Shown here in pieces: positions 45,057 to 56,939 of a stretch of DNA of 64,000 nt. A program made the position numbers and the translations under genes. Below the pieces are notes generated by a model. That model searched no databases. It was not told the DNA's origin and saw nothing but the letters and a program-made list of their open reading frames with translations. The stretch is taken from positions 750,082 to 814,081 of the forward strand of contig CAVTET010000004.1 of NCBI GenBank assembly GCA_963733675.1. The letters run 5' to 3'. The first letter of the stretch is position 1. Every line of letters begins with the position of its first letter. The stretch is from an uncultured Methanosarcinaceae archaeon. GTDB taxonomy: Archaea; Halobacteriota; Methanosarcinia; Methanosarcinales; Methanosarcinaceae.

Positions 45057-45429
45057 TTTTAAAACCTTTATAATCAGAACTAAAAGAGTTTATTGAACAG
45101 TTTGTCTGAATTTTTGGATCATTACTTGTTATAGATTTTTATTTGATATACATAAATATATCTATTTTTACCTTCGAAAATTATCTAAAAATTTTCAATA
45201 GCTACTCGACTATATAAACAAAAACTACTTAAGCACACAATCTCACAAAAGTCAAACCAAAATGAAAAAGTTACTAAATATAGAAGATGCTTAAGATTAA
45301 GTTTCAAATTTAGTGATGATACTAAATTACAAATAATTGAATTCTGAATTTATACGGTATATATCTGCAAAATATCGATTAAAGCAAAGTTGGAGAACTA
45401 TAATTATAAAAGAGCTTGGAAATGATTAT

Positions 45430-47455
45430 TTGTCTGTAACGAATAAAAACCTGAGACATTCTGGTATTGATATTATTGAAAATATGTCATGGGGAACACA
45501 TTTCTGTCAGTTCTACCAAACCAAGGAAGATTTGATTGACATACTTGTTCCTTATTTCAAAGCAGGGCTGGAAAATAATGAATTTTGCATGTGGATCACA
45601 TCATAACCTTTGGAAATAGAAGCGGCAAAAGAAGCCCTTGGAAAGGCGGTACCTGATATTGATGTTTATCTAGATCAAGGACAACTTGAAATTATTTCTT
45701 ACTTTCATTGGTATGTAAATGATGGTGCCTTCGATTCAAATAGAGTATTAAATGGGTGGGTTGAAAAATTAAATAAGGCCCTGTCTAATGGTTATGATGG
45801 TTTGAGGTTAACTGGAAATACTTTTTGGCTAGCAAAAGAAGATTGGGAAGATTTTGTTGACTATGAAAAAGATATAGATCGAGTCCTAGGTAACTACCAG
45901 ATGATAGCTCTCTGCACTTATAATTTCGACAGATGCAACTCAACCGAAACCATTGATGTAGTTAGCAACCACAAATTTGCTTTGATCAAAAAGAAAGGTG
46001 AATGGGAACAGATAGAAAGTTCCAAGCTCAAAATAGCTGAAAAAGTAGGAGAAGTTCTAAGGTTATCCAATCTTTATAACCGTAGTCTTATTGAAGCTAG
46101 TTTGGATCCTTTAGTGACTATTGGTCCTGATGGTAAAATTACTGATGTAAATGAAGCTACAGAACAGGTTACTGGTTATTCGCGGGATGAATTAATTGGA
46201 ACTGACTTTTCAGATTATTTCACTGAGCCTGAGAAAGCTAAAAAAGGGTATCAAGAAGTGTTCAGTGTAGGATTTGTGTATGATTATGAGCTTGCAATCC
46301 AGAACAAAAATGGGCACATAACTCCAGTTTTGTATAATGCTTCAGTTTATAAATATGAATTTGGGGATGTTATTGGTGTTTTTGCAGCTGCGCGTGATAT
46401 TACTGAACGCAAGCGAATGGAAGCAGAACTAGAGTATATAGCACGTCTGCCATGGGAAAACCCCAATCCAGTGATACGCTTAAACCAAGGCCATAAAACC
46501 AACTATAGCAACCCCGCTGCCCAAATGTTGTTGACAGATTGGGGTTGTGCCACCAGCCAAGAAGTTCCTACAGAAATCACAAAAATAGCTATTGCGGCCT
46601 TGAATGATGGCATCCAACGTAAATTTGAGCACAAATGCGCCAATAACACATACATTCTAAGTCTTGCTCCGTTTCCCCAATCTGGCTATGTTAATCTTTA
46701 TGGCCGTGACATCACTGAACAAAAAAAAGCAGAAGAACTGTTAAAATCGAAATTGGAAGAACTTACTCAATCAAATGAAGAATTGGAACAATTTGCTTAT
46801 GCTTCGTCGCATGATTTGCAAGAGCCCTTGAGAATGATCACAAGTTATTTGCAGCTTTTACAAAGGAAATATCAGGGTAATCTTGACGATAAGGCGGATA
46901 AATACATACACTTCGCTGTTGACGGGGCTTCCCGTATGCAATTTGATAAATGATCTATTAGAATACTCCCGTGTGACCAGAACAAGCAGAGAACCTAAAT
47001 TTACAAATTGTACATTTGTTTTGAATCAGGCACTAACTGGTTTAAAAGTAGTTATAAAAGAAAATAAAGCTACTATATCTCATGATGCTTTGCCTGATAT
47101 AAGGGTGGATTCTACCCAGTTGGTTCAGGTGTTTCAGAATTTGATTTTCAATGGAATAAAGTTCCACAATGAAGAAGCACCTAAAATTCATATCGCTGCT
47201 AAGAAAAAAGCTAGTGAATGGGTGTTTTCAGTACAGGATAACGGAATTGGAATCGATCCGCAATATTCTGAAAAAATATTTGAAATTTTTAAAAGATTGC
47301 ATACCAGGGAACAATTTTCTGGAACAGGAATAGGGCTTTCAATTTGCAAAAAAATTATAGAAAGACATGGTGGACGTATATGGGTAGAATCTGAACTAGG
47401 TAAAGGTTCAACTTTTTATTTTACTTTACCGATCAACACCGCACAGAATTTTTAA
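45430..47455 (+). pseudogene. MEDS-PAS-PAS-HisKA-HATPase sensor histidine kinase, with in-frame TAA (45604-45606) and a frameshift near 46940
   Basis: LRHSGIDII…WGTHFCQFYQTKEDL (MEDS), SLIEASLDPLVTI (PAS), FAYASSHDLQEPLRM, then [10 protein letters not shown]…QVFQNLI…DNGIGID…GTGIGL in another frame. Confidence 0.9.
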
Positions 47456-47987
47456 AATCAGATTTTAATGCATAATAGATATATTTTAAAATATTTATTT
47501 AAATTTACTTATTAAAGAAGTCTTATACATGTGGACACCTTTTTTCTTACTTGAAGTTGTGATATTACCATCTAAATCTTTTTTATCAATATTCAGCTGG
47601 AGCCTAATCTAATGTGTTGGCCACAATTTGACTATCATGATACATATGTAATTATAAAATCGATGTGTTTCACATTAATTTGAGTAAAGAATGCTCTCAA
47701 TTTTGGGTTAACAATGGCACAAACACAGAGATTTTCTTACAAAAGCTCTGTATCAAGATATATTTTCCTGGATGAAGGTAAGCTTAAGTCCAGGGGGGAT
47801 ATGTAGTCACTGATCTTTTTTTGGAGTAGAATTTTTGGTAATGGACATTTTTTAAAGACGGAAACGTTAATGACTATAAAATCATAATTATATTTGTATA
47901 TAAATGCACACCATGTTGCATCAAGCTTCCGTAGTAAAATAGCAATCATGCCACGTAATCTATAATTTATACTAAGGAGAGTTTGTA

Positions 47988-48350
47988 TTGACAGAATCAA
48001 CTATCAGCGGGAAGGAAACAACGACTCTTTTGATTGTGATGGGAGTATTCCTCTTATTCACAATTGCTATTGTAAGTGCTAACGGCGGTGTACATGGCAT
48101 AGGCAGAAATCACACTGGGTATCATGATCCAGGAGATGGTTATGGCTATAGTTATGGTTATGGCTATGGTTATGGCTATGGTGAAGGCCATGATGGAGAC
48201 GGTCATGGCAATGAATATGGCAATGGTTATGGAAACATCGGCAAAGGTAACGGCTATGGCAATGGTTCTGGAAATCACGGCATAGAAAACGGAAATGGTA
48301 ATGGAAACGGAAATGGGAACGTAGGAAACGGAAACTGTAATGGCTACTGA
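47988..48350 (+). CDS. Putative secreted Gly/Tyr/Asn-rich low-complexity protein
   Basis: Hydrophobic stretch LLIVMGVFLLFTIAIVSA, then GYGYSYGYGYGYGYG and (GN)n repeats with varied synonymous codons. Start uncertain. Confidence 0.6.
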   Translation: MTESTISGKETTTLLIVMGVFLLFTIAIVSANGGVHGIGRNHTGYHDPGDGYGYSYGYGYGYGYGEGHDGDGHGNEYGNGYGNIGKGNGYGNGSGNHGIENGNGNGNGNGNVGNGNCNGY

Positions 48351-48824
48351 TAGAAAAGTTGAATTCCCAAAATAGATTAGCTAAAATTAATGGATAAATA
48401 ATGTCACTTTTAGCTGGGTTTTACTTTATTAGCAAATCAACTCTTATTTTAGATGGAATTTAGGGAATTCATAGGTTTTAAGACAAAAGTTATGCATTAG
48501 CAAAAGCGCTAAAGACAAAAATATTGTTAGTATCACCATTGACTCAGCATCCTGTTATATTTTACAGAACTTTTGATATACTACCATTAAGATTGCAGTA
48601 GTCAACTTAACACTAACGGCTTATTTAATTACTTACAATGAAGCTTATTTATACATTACAAGATTAATGTTAATTATTTATTAATATATATCTCTTTCAG
48701 TAATATAACAACAGTAGGGTAGAGTCATCTAATGTGGCAAAATAATTTCTAAAAAGTCTGATTCAAACAGCCTAATGACAATGAATTTTTTGCGTCTATA
48801 TTCTCAAACTTGAAGGGGAGTTGA

Positions 48825-50768
48825 ATGAATGAAAATCTGAGAAATTTCGGGCGAAAGAAATCTGAAGAAGTCGTTTTTCGAGATACAGATGATTGGAAAC
48901 ACACCTTTGATGCAGTGCCAGACCTGATTGCCATATTAGACACTGAATTTCGAATTGTTCGTGCAAACAACTCCATGGCAGCAAGTTTGGGGATGACATC
49001 AAAAGAGTGTATTGGATTGACTTGCTACCGGCTTGTCCATGGAACGGATGAACCTCCCATTTTTTGCCCGCACAGGCAGTTGCTTAGTGATGGGCTTGAG
49101 CATACTGTAGAGATTTGTGAGGAATCCCTTGGTGGTTATTTTATAGTGAGCGTCTCGCCACTGCATGATTCAGAGGGAAAACTAACTGGGTGCATTCATG
49201 TTGCCCGTAATATTAACGAGCGAAGAGAAGCAGAGGAAACTCTAAAAAAAGCATATGATAATTTAGATAAGTTAGTTAAAGAAAGAACAAATCAGCTTGA
49301 AAAAGCTTATAACTCGCTAAAAAAAAGTGAAAAAAGGCTTGCTGAAGCTCAAAAAATGTCTCATATTGGGAATTGGGAATGGGATATTATAACTGATAAA
49401 GCACATTGGTCTGATGAATTGCATCGTATTTTTAAACGTGATTCAGGAGAACTAGCTCCAACTTATAATGAATATTTAAGTTATGTACACCCGAAAGATC
49501 GAGAACATGTGGATAAGGCCTTTAAGAAAGCTATAAATAGAGAACCCTGCAGTATTGATCATAGAATTATCTTAGCTAATGGGGAAGAACGCGCAGTCCA
49601 TGTACAATCCGAAGCTATTTTTGATGAAAAAATGATCCCTATTAGATTGAAAGGAATAGTTCAGGATATTACTGAACGTAAAAAAGCCGAAGAGAAAATT
49701 CAGAGCTTAGCGAATATTGTGGAATCATCAAATGATGCCATTATTACTATATCTCTTGATGGTATTATTACTAGCTGGAATAAGGGTGCAGAGCAGATTT
49801 ATGGTTATTCATCGGAAGAAATTATAGAGAAAGATGTATCTATACTCGCACCAGATAATCTCAAAGACGAAACAAAAAACTTAATTGAAAAGGTTAAGCT
49901 AGGGGAAAAGATTCAGCACTACAGAACTTTAAGGTTAAGAAAAGGTGGTAAGTTAATCGATGTTTCAATAGGTCTTTCTCCGGTTTTTGATGCCGCTGGT
50001 GATCTTGCGGCGATCTCAGCTATTGTTAGAGATATTACGCAGCGAATTGAGAGCGAAAAATCCCAAGTGAAAGCTGAAAAAGCTAAAAAGAAAGAAATCC
50101 ACCATCGAATAAAAAACAATTTACAAGTGATCTCTTCTCTACTTGATCTTCAGGCTGAGAAGTTTAAAAATAGAGAGTGCATTAAGGATTCGGAAGTTCT
50201 GGAAGCTTTCAGAGAAAGCCAAGATAGAGTGATATCTATGGCTCTTATTCACGAAGAATTATACAAAGGTGAAGGATTCGAAACTCTAGACTTTTCGACA
50301 TACATTCAAGAATTGGTTGAAAACCTTTTCCAGACTTACAGACTAAATAGCAAAGATATACACCTGCACATAGATATGGAAGAAAAAATATTCTTAGATA
50401 TGGATACTGCTATTCCTTTGGGAATAATTGTTAATGAACTAGTTTCAAATTCTCTCAAACATGCATTTATAGGGAAAGGTAGCGGGGGAATGTATATCAC
50501 TCTTCGTAGAGAAAAAAACGGAGAACGTATAAATAGCATAGAAGAAAGCAAATATGAAGGCTGTAAAAGTACCAGTTTTATTTTGAAAGTTTCAGATGAT
50601 GGGATAGGTATATCTAAAAGTATTGATTTGGAAAATCCCAACAGTCTTGGCATACAGTTGGTAACCACTCTAGTAGATCAGTTAGCTGGAGAACTTGAGC
50701 TGAAAAGCAATAATGAGACGGAATTCACTATCAGGTTTACAGTAACAGAAAAAAGAAGCAACAACTAG
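48825..50768 (+). CDS. Multi-PAS sensor histidine kinase (HisKA_2 type)
   Basis: Three PAS/PAC domains, KEIHHRIKNNLQVISSLL, PLGIIVNELVSNSLKHAF, VSDDGIG, SLGIQLV. GGGGAG RBS. Confidence 0.92.
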   Translation: MNENLRNFGRKKSEEVVFRDTDDWKHTFDAVPDLIAILDTEFRIVRANNSMAASLGMTSKECIGLTCYRLVHGTDEPPIFCPHRQLLSDGLEHTVEICEESLGGYFIVSVSPLHDSEGKLTGCIHVARNINERREAEETLKKAYDNLDKLVKERTNQLEKAYNSLKKSEKRLAEAQKMSHIGNWEWDIITDKAHWSDELHRIFKRDSGELAPTYNEYLSYVHPKDREHVDKAFKKAINREPCSIDHRIILANGEERAVHVQSEAIFDEKMIPIRLKGIVQDITERKKAEEKIQSLANIVESSNDAIITISLDGIITSWNKGAEQIYGYSSEEIIEKDVSILAPDNLKDETKNLIEKVKLGEKIQHYRTLRLRKGGKLIDVSIGLSPVFDAAGDLAAISAIVRDITQRIESEKSQVKAEKAKKKEIHHRIKNNLQVISSLLDLQAEKFKNRECIKDSEVLEAFRESQDRVISMALIHEELYKGEGFETLDFSTYIQELVENLFQTYRLNSKDIHLHIDMEEKIFLDMDTAIPLGIIVNELVSNSLKHAFIGKGSGGMYITLRREKNGERINSIEESKYEGCKSTSFILKVSDDGIGISKSIDLENPNSLGIQLVTTLVDQLAGELELKSNNETEFTIRFTVTEKRSNN

Positions 50769-50859
50769 TATAAGATACATAGTTTTTGTGTTAAAAACTA
50801 TACATAAGAGAATACAGGTTGTAATGAAGCAAGATTTCTAGATTTTCACTTATGCAGAA

Positions 50860-51160
50860 TTTCTGTGTCAAAAGTTCTGTAAAACGCAATTAACTCTATA
50901 TCATTTTTCTTCGCCATTCAGAATAGAAGTGGCTCAGTTTGTTAGCAGAACGAGTCAAACAGTTCGAAAAAGATAAGCTTTAAAGCATTGGGTTAGTCCT
51001 CCCATTAACTACACAAATAATATTTTATTGTTGTTAACCTCATGTTGATAGATGTAGTCTCAATGTAAAATTTAAATGGGTTGGTTATCTAATTTCCAGG
51101 GCAAGAATGGCATTTCTTAAGGTGATTGATATTGCCCTATTTCCTTTCAGTCTCCTGTAG
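50860..51160. mobile_element. Family A IS remnant
   Basis: gtgtcaaaagttctgtaaaa end. Inverted homolog of 28270-28558. Confidence 0.65.
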
Positions 51161-51199
51161 TATTTATCATTCTGTCCGTCATTGAAATTAATGAAAAGT

Positions 51200-51669
51200 C
51201 AATAATTACCATCACTAATTGCTCATCTTCATCTTTTAGAGCATTAATTAACGACTAGACTGCTTCTTTATACTTGATATTTTCAGATGCCTTGTTGCCT
51301 TCAATAATTATCAACGAAATTCAATATGGCACCGGATGTATCAAAATAATCACGCAAAAGGATAGTATGTACCGTTTTTAAGTAAAAAGGTATTTCACTA
51401 TAATCAGCACTAATGATTAAAACTTTTTTACCTTTAGCCATTGCATATCCAACGTCATAAGCTACATTGAGATTATTATCTATCATGAAAGCGATAAGAA
51501 GATCACATTTGTTTATAGAATCATGAATAGCACTTATAATATCGTTTTTTATTTCCAAATGGTTGGTTTCATATATTTGTATTTCATGTGATTTTAGTTC
51601 GTCTTTTAGCAACTGTATAAAATTACTTTATTTCTCATTAAAAGCATGAGATAAAAAAATCTTATTCAC
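51200..51669 (-). pseudogene. TIR/nucleoside 2-deoxyribosyltransferase-like domain protein with a HEAT-like tail, disrupted
   Basis: GTG 51669 after GGAAGGA: (M)NKIFLSHAFNEK*(TAA 51628-30)SNFIQLLKDEL…IHDSINKCDLLIAFM…VAYDVGYAMAKGKKVLIIS. The shifted frame continues EAV*SLINALKDEDE. Confidence 0.65.
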
Positions 51670-52383
51670 TTTTTAAATCCTTCCAATTAAATTTTTTTCT
51701 TTGAATATATAAAAATACAGCTTTTATATAAACATTTTGTATTTTATTTTGATTGTTCTAAAATAAACATATGATTTAGTCTCCTCTGCTTGCATATACC
51801 TGGAACCTTATTTATTAATGATCCGTGGGTTATTATCAAATACACAGCTTTTGCTATAAAAACTGTGCATTGGTACAAACGATAAAGCATATTCTTTGTA
51901 GCAAAGAAAAGTTGCAGAGTCAATTGAAATTTACAGAACTGTCAGTAAACTGCCTAATCAATTTCTGATCCAAATAAAAAAATCAAAATTATAGTTTTAA
52001 ATATCATTGCCCAGCCTATTATATGTCAATTTGTATTTATAATGTAATTAATATATAACTATATGATATAATTTATATTAACTTGAATAAAAAGTAATAA
52101 ATTAAGGAGTTGATGCCTCTGTGACAAAATGAATTCAAGAGATACTAGCGATTTTGTTGTTAGTAGTTGCAGCAACAGTAATAGCTTCGGCAGCAGTGGC
52201 AGCAGCGGCGGCAGCTATAAAGAAAAAAAATAAGAATAAAAGGATGTAGCTTTTTCATACCTTTACATGCTTTTAATTCGAAACTTAAGCACTTAAAATC
52301 AAAGATCATTTGCAATAATTTTTTTTTTAAATATCAAGAAACTATAATATCTTAAACAAAATTGAAATAAGGGACATGGGGAT

Positions 52384-54744
52384 ATGCAGACTGAAGAGAA
52401 AGAAATAGAAATTGATATTTCTAAAATTCAAACAAATGTGTCTCCTCCTCAATCCAAAAAATATAACTCCGAAGGAGAAATGTCGAAAAATTCGAATGAA
52501 TTTTACGAAGAAAGTGGGCATAAACCGGCTGTAAATGCGCTGCATCATGATCATTCAGAAGATCCAGAACTACATGCTGGCGAGAAATCAGGTAATGAGC
52601 ATTTTGGGAAGGAGGAACGTCATAATCATGAACAGCACGAAGAGATTAAGTCTGAACAGCATAAGGAAAGTAAACATGCAGCCCATGAGCAACATAAAGA
52701 AGTGAAACATCAGGGCCACGAGCAGCACGAAGAGATGAAACATGAGCAGCATGAAGGAATAAAACATGTGGGTCATGAGCCATCCAGAGGGAAAGATCAT
52801 GGCGGTCATCATGCTCATATGCTTGCAGATTTCAGAAAAAGATTTATAGTTTCTATTATATTGACCTTTCCAGTTTTGCTGCTTTCTCCTACGATCCAGA
52901 GTTTTTTCGGCTTTGAGCTTCGTTTTCCTGGCGCGGATTTCTTCACCTTTTTGCTTTCCTCGGTCGTTTATTTCTATGGAGGCTACCCCTTTCTCAAGGG
53001 GATAAAAGAGGAACTTTCTGAGAAGTCTCCTGGAATGATGACTCTGATAGCGGTTGCTATCAGTGTAGCTTATTTTTACAGTTCTGCTGTGGTTTTCGGG
53101 CTTCAAGGAGGAGTGTTTTTCTGGGAACTAGTAACCCTTATCGATGTAATGCTTCTTGGGCATTGGTTGGAGATGCGTTCGGTAATGGGGGCTTCAAAAG
53201 CCCTTGAAGAACTGGTATAAATTATGCCGTTGGTTGCTCACTTGAAAAAAGATGGCGAAATTGTTGACGTGAGTGTTGACCAGCTAAAAATTGGGAATAA
53301 GGTTCTGGTCAAGCCCGAGGAAAAAGTTCCTGTAGATGGAACTGTTGTAGAAGGTACAAGCAGCATCAACGAATCAATGCTGACAGGAGAGTCAAAACCT
53401 GTCACAAAAAAACCGGAAAATGAGGTTATAGGCGGTTCCATTAATGGGGAAGCAGCTTTTGTGGTGAAGGTAGATAAAACAGGGAAAGACACGTAGCTGA
53501 ACCAGGTTGTCGAACTCATTAGAACAACTCAGGAAAGCAAATCAAAAACCCAGGACTTGGCAAACAGGGCTGCAATGTATCTTACAATTATAGCTCTGAC
53601 TGTGGGAACTCTCACTTTCATTTTCTGGATTTTCTTCGGCAAGGAACTTGTCTTTGCTCTTGAAAGGGCAGTCACTGTAATGGTTATTACCTGTCCGCAT
53701 GCACTTGGGTTAGCCATTCCTCTGGTGGTTGCAGTTTCAACATCTATTGCTGCAAAATCAGGGCTTCTTATCAGGAACAGACAGGCCTTTGAGAAAGCCC
53801 GCAATATTCAAGCTCTTATTTTTGACAAAACAGGTACACTCACAGAAGGAAGATTTGGAGTCACGGATATAGTTTTTCTTTCAGGAGAAAATAACAAAAA
53901 GATATTGAGCCTGGCAGCTTCTCTGGAAGCTATTTCAGAACACCCCATTGCAGCAGGCATTCTGGAAAGCGCTAGGGAAAAAGGATTGAAAATCCAATCA
54001 GTGGAAGAATTCAGTTCAATCCCAGGAAAGGGTGTAAAAGGATTGGTGGAAGGAAAGCAGTTCCTTGTTGTGAGTCCGGGTTACCTTGAAGAAAAGGAAA
54101 TTGCACTGGAGAGAGTAAAAATTGAAGAAATAAAAGAACAGGGAAAAACTGTTGTATTTCTGCTTGAAGGGGAGAAGATACTTGGGGCTCTTGGACTTGC
54201 TGATATTATCCGGAAGGAATCCAGGGAAGCAATCTCAAAACTCAAAAGCATGGGAATAAAGTGTCTCATGCTTACAGGAGATAATCGCTATGTTGCTGCC
54301 CAGGTAGCCAGAGAACTGGAGCTGGATAATTACTTCGCAGAAATTCTTTCTCATGAAAAAGCAGAGAAGGTCAAAGAAGTCCAAAAGAAATATATCACAG
54401 GTATGGTCGGAGACGGAGTCAATGATACTCCAGCACTGGCTCAGGCAGATGTTGGGATTGCTATTGGAGCAGGTACGGATGTTGCAATCGAAACCGCTGA
54501 TATAGTGCTGATTAAAAATGACCCAAGAGATGTTCTGAATACCATCAGGCTTTCTAAGAAGACTTACTCCAAGATGTATCAGAACCTTATCTGGGCTACC
54601 GGATACAATGTTTTTGCAATTCCTCTTGCTGCAGGGGTGCTCTATAGATATGGAGTTTTACTAAGTCCTGCAATGGGTGCAGTTTTGATGAGTCTGAGTA
54701 CAATGATCGTAGCCATAAATGCCAGAACTTTGAAAATGGAATGA
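52384..54744 (+). pseudogene. copB: Copper-translocating P1B-3 ATPase (CopB type) with two in-frame stops
   Basis: His-rich N-terminus, PGMMTLIA, LLGHWLEM, ESMLTGES, CPHALG, DKTGTLT, EHPIA, TGDN, GDGVND. One frame throughout, with TAA 53218-53220 and TAG 53494-53496. Confidence 0.92.
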
Positions 54745-54798
54745 TTTGATGCTGAGAAGAATTCGCGATTTGAATTTGAGTCTGAATTTTATTAGCAT

Positions 54799-54912
54799 TA
54801 GGACCTACGTACTTAGATACACAACAAAATACAAGTAAGTCTGTCATAGAATTATGATTTCGGCAATTTTAATTTTTATGTCACTGTTTTCTCAATTTAC
54901 TGCGTAAGTTCT
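54799..54912. mobile_element. Short MITE-like element with TAGGACTTACGCA-type ends
   Basis: taggacctacgta … tgcgtaagttcta. Related solo ends at ~19498 and ~20392. Confidence 0.55.
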
Positions 54913-55051
54913 ACATAAGTTAAAGAGATTTAAACTCTCCAATACTCATAATGCTAGGAGTTTATCGAAATTTTCTATAAATTTTTAAAGAACCATCTTA
55001 AGGATTATGCGTGGCATTGTGAAGTATTTGACAAAATGTGCATTGTGACAC

Positions 55052-55297
55052 TTAAATTAGGTGCTTTTTCATTTCCTCAAATTCTTCTGTTGTGATTTCA
55101 CCTTTAGCGTATCTCTCTTTTGCGACATCCAACGCAGACTTCTCGTTACCTCGGCTTTTGGTTTGCTCGAGAAGCCATTTGATTAACAGATAAGCTACTA
55201 CAATTATAATAATCCAGCACAGGAGTCCAAAAAACATACCTCCATATCCCATCATCCCGTAACCGTAGTTGTCCATAAATCCATATATTGGAACCAC
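55052..55297 (-). CDS. SHOCT-domain small membrane protein
   Basis: YGYGMMGYGG, TM helix, SALDVAKERYAKGEITTEEFEEMK. Confidence 0.8.
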   Translation of the reverse strand: MVPIYGFMDNYGYGMMGYGGMFFGLLCWIIIIVVAYLLIKWLLEQTKSRGNEKSALDVAKERYAKGEITTEEFEEMKKHLI

Positions 55298-55605
55298 TCT
55301 CCGAATCGTAATTACTATATTATTCTATCATTTTTATCTATATTAAGTAACTGACTCTCATGACCAATTTGTTTTACCATTTTATTACATTCTCTGGTTT
55401 CCCATCTATTATGTCTTTTTTCAGTTCAGTATTATCTCAGTTACTCCGAATTGAAAAACAATGTATTGATAGAATTTATTTCAGAAAATTTCTTGATTTC
55501 TCTGAGTATATAGTAATGTAACAGTAAACGCAGTAGCAGTTACTGTTTACAATAATGAAGAGAGCAGCATTTCAACTAATACAAAATTTAAAGAGAATGC
55601 GATTA

Positions 55606-56851
55606 ATGAAAGAACAGCCCATTATGCTTGGTCTACGACCAAACATTAAACAATTCTTGTTGTTGGCTATCAATAATGCATTTGTAGGAGCCATGGTGGG
55701 AGTTGAGCGTACAGTTGTTCCTCTTATTGGTGAACAAAGCTTTCACCTAAGTTCATTGTCAGTTCTGCTTGCCTTTATTGTTTCCTTCGGTCTTGTCAAA
55801 GGGCCATTAAATCTAGTGGCTGGAAGGATCGCAGATCGTTGGGGCCGAAAACCAGTTTTGCTGGCTGGTTGGTTGTTTGGTATTCCAGTGCCAATTATGA
55901 TTATTTTTGCACCGAACTGGACATGGATCATCGCAGCTAACTTACTTTTAGGTGCGAACCAAGGATTTGCTTGGTCTATGACGGTAACAAGCAAAATCGA
56001 TATTGTTGGTCCAGGCCGTCGGGGGTTAGCACTAGGTATAAACGAGTTCTCCGGATATGTTGGTGTTTCCCTTATAAGTAGTATTACTGGATATCTGGCT
56101 TTTCTCTATGGCCCACGGCCAATTCCTTTTGTTTTAGCAGAAATTCTTGCACTCATTGGTTTTTTAATGGCATGGCTATTGATTAAAGAAACATTGCCAT
56201 ACACTCAATTAGAGACTTCAAGCAATACTAAATTCCCAATTACTTCAAAACTTTCAATGATCCAGATTGTTGCGCAAGTAAGCTTTCAGAACCAGACTTT
56301 GTTCGCATGTAGTCAGGCAGGTTTAGTGAATAAATTGAGTGATACAGTTGCCTGGGGATTAGTACCTATTGTCATGGTTAATAACCATTTTACTGTGATA
56401 CAAATAGGACTAATCAGCGGTATCTATGCTGTTACGTGGGGAGTTCTGCAGTTAGGATCAGGCGTCTGGAGTGATCACATAGGCCGGAAATTCCCTATAG
56501 TTCTAGGACAAATTATCAATGCTATCGGGATTGGTCTAATATTGATTTCTCATTCATTGGTTATGTGGATAATTAGTGCATTATGGATGGGTGCAGGTAC
56601 AGCTTTGGTTTATCCCGTGTTATTCCGCAGTGGGAGACGAAGCACACCCGGCATGGCGTGGCTCGGCCCTAGGAGTATATAGGATGTGAAGAGACACCGG
56701 TTATACGATTGGAGGTATATTATTGGGGCTTGGTGCAGATTGGTTTGGCATTCGAGGTGTAATCAGTATTCTGGCATTGGTTGTATTTTTATCGGGCATG
56801 ATTGTTACCTTTGTTATGAAAGAAACACTTAATCCTTCTAATCACCCTTGA
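55606..56851 (+). pseudogene. MFS transporter, frameshift near 56625 and TGA near 56687
   Basis: NNAFVGAMVGVERTVVPL, GRIADRWGRK, SDHIGRK. The shifted frame continues AVGDEAHPAWRGSALGVYRM*RDTGY…VMKETLNPSNHP*. Confidence 0.85.
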
Positions 56852-56939
56852 GCTTCTACCCTATAGACACTCCTAGAAAGCTCAATAATTTCACTGGTTT
56901 TTCCTTTTGTATTCATATTACTCATGATCCCTCGTTTTA

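Noticed and set aside
52540-52820. HEQH repeats in copB as a novel repeat protein
   Set aside because: His-rich N-terminal metal-binding tails are standard for P1B-3 ATPases
53494-53496. In-frame TAG codons (copB, fetB, TIR tail) as pyrrolysine
   Set aside because: The same genes also carry TAA stops, frameshifts or truncations, and the copB and fetB TAGs are one base from a plausible Tyr codon. Ordinary nonsense mutation explains them
18046-56689. TGA at expected Trp positions (S53, MFS, micro-ORF) suggesting UGA recoding
   Set aside because: gar1, asd, htpX, ppk1 and kptA terminate at TGA and core genes use TGG. These are G-to-A nonsense changes
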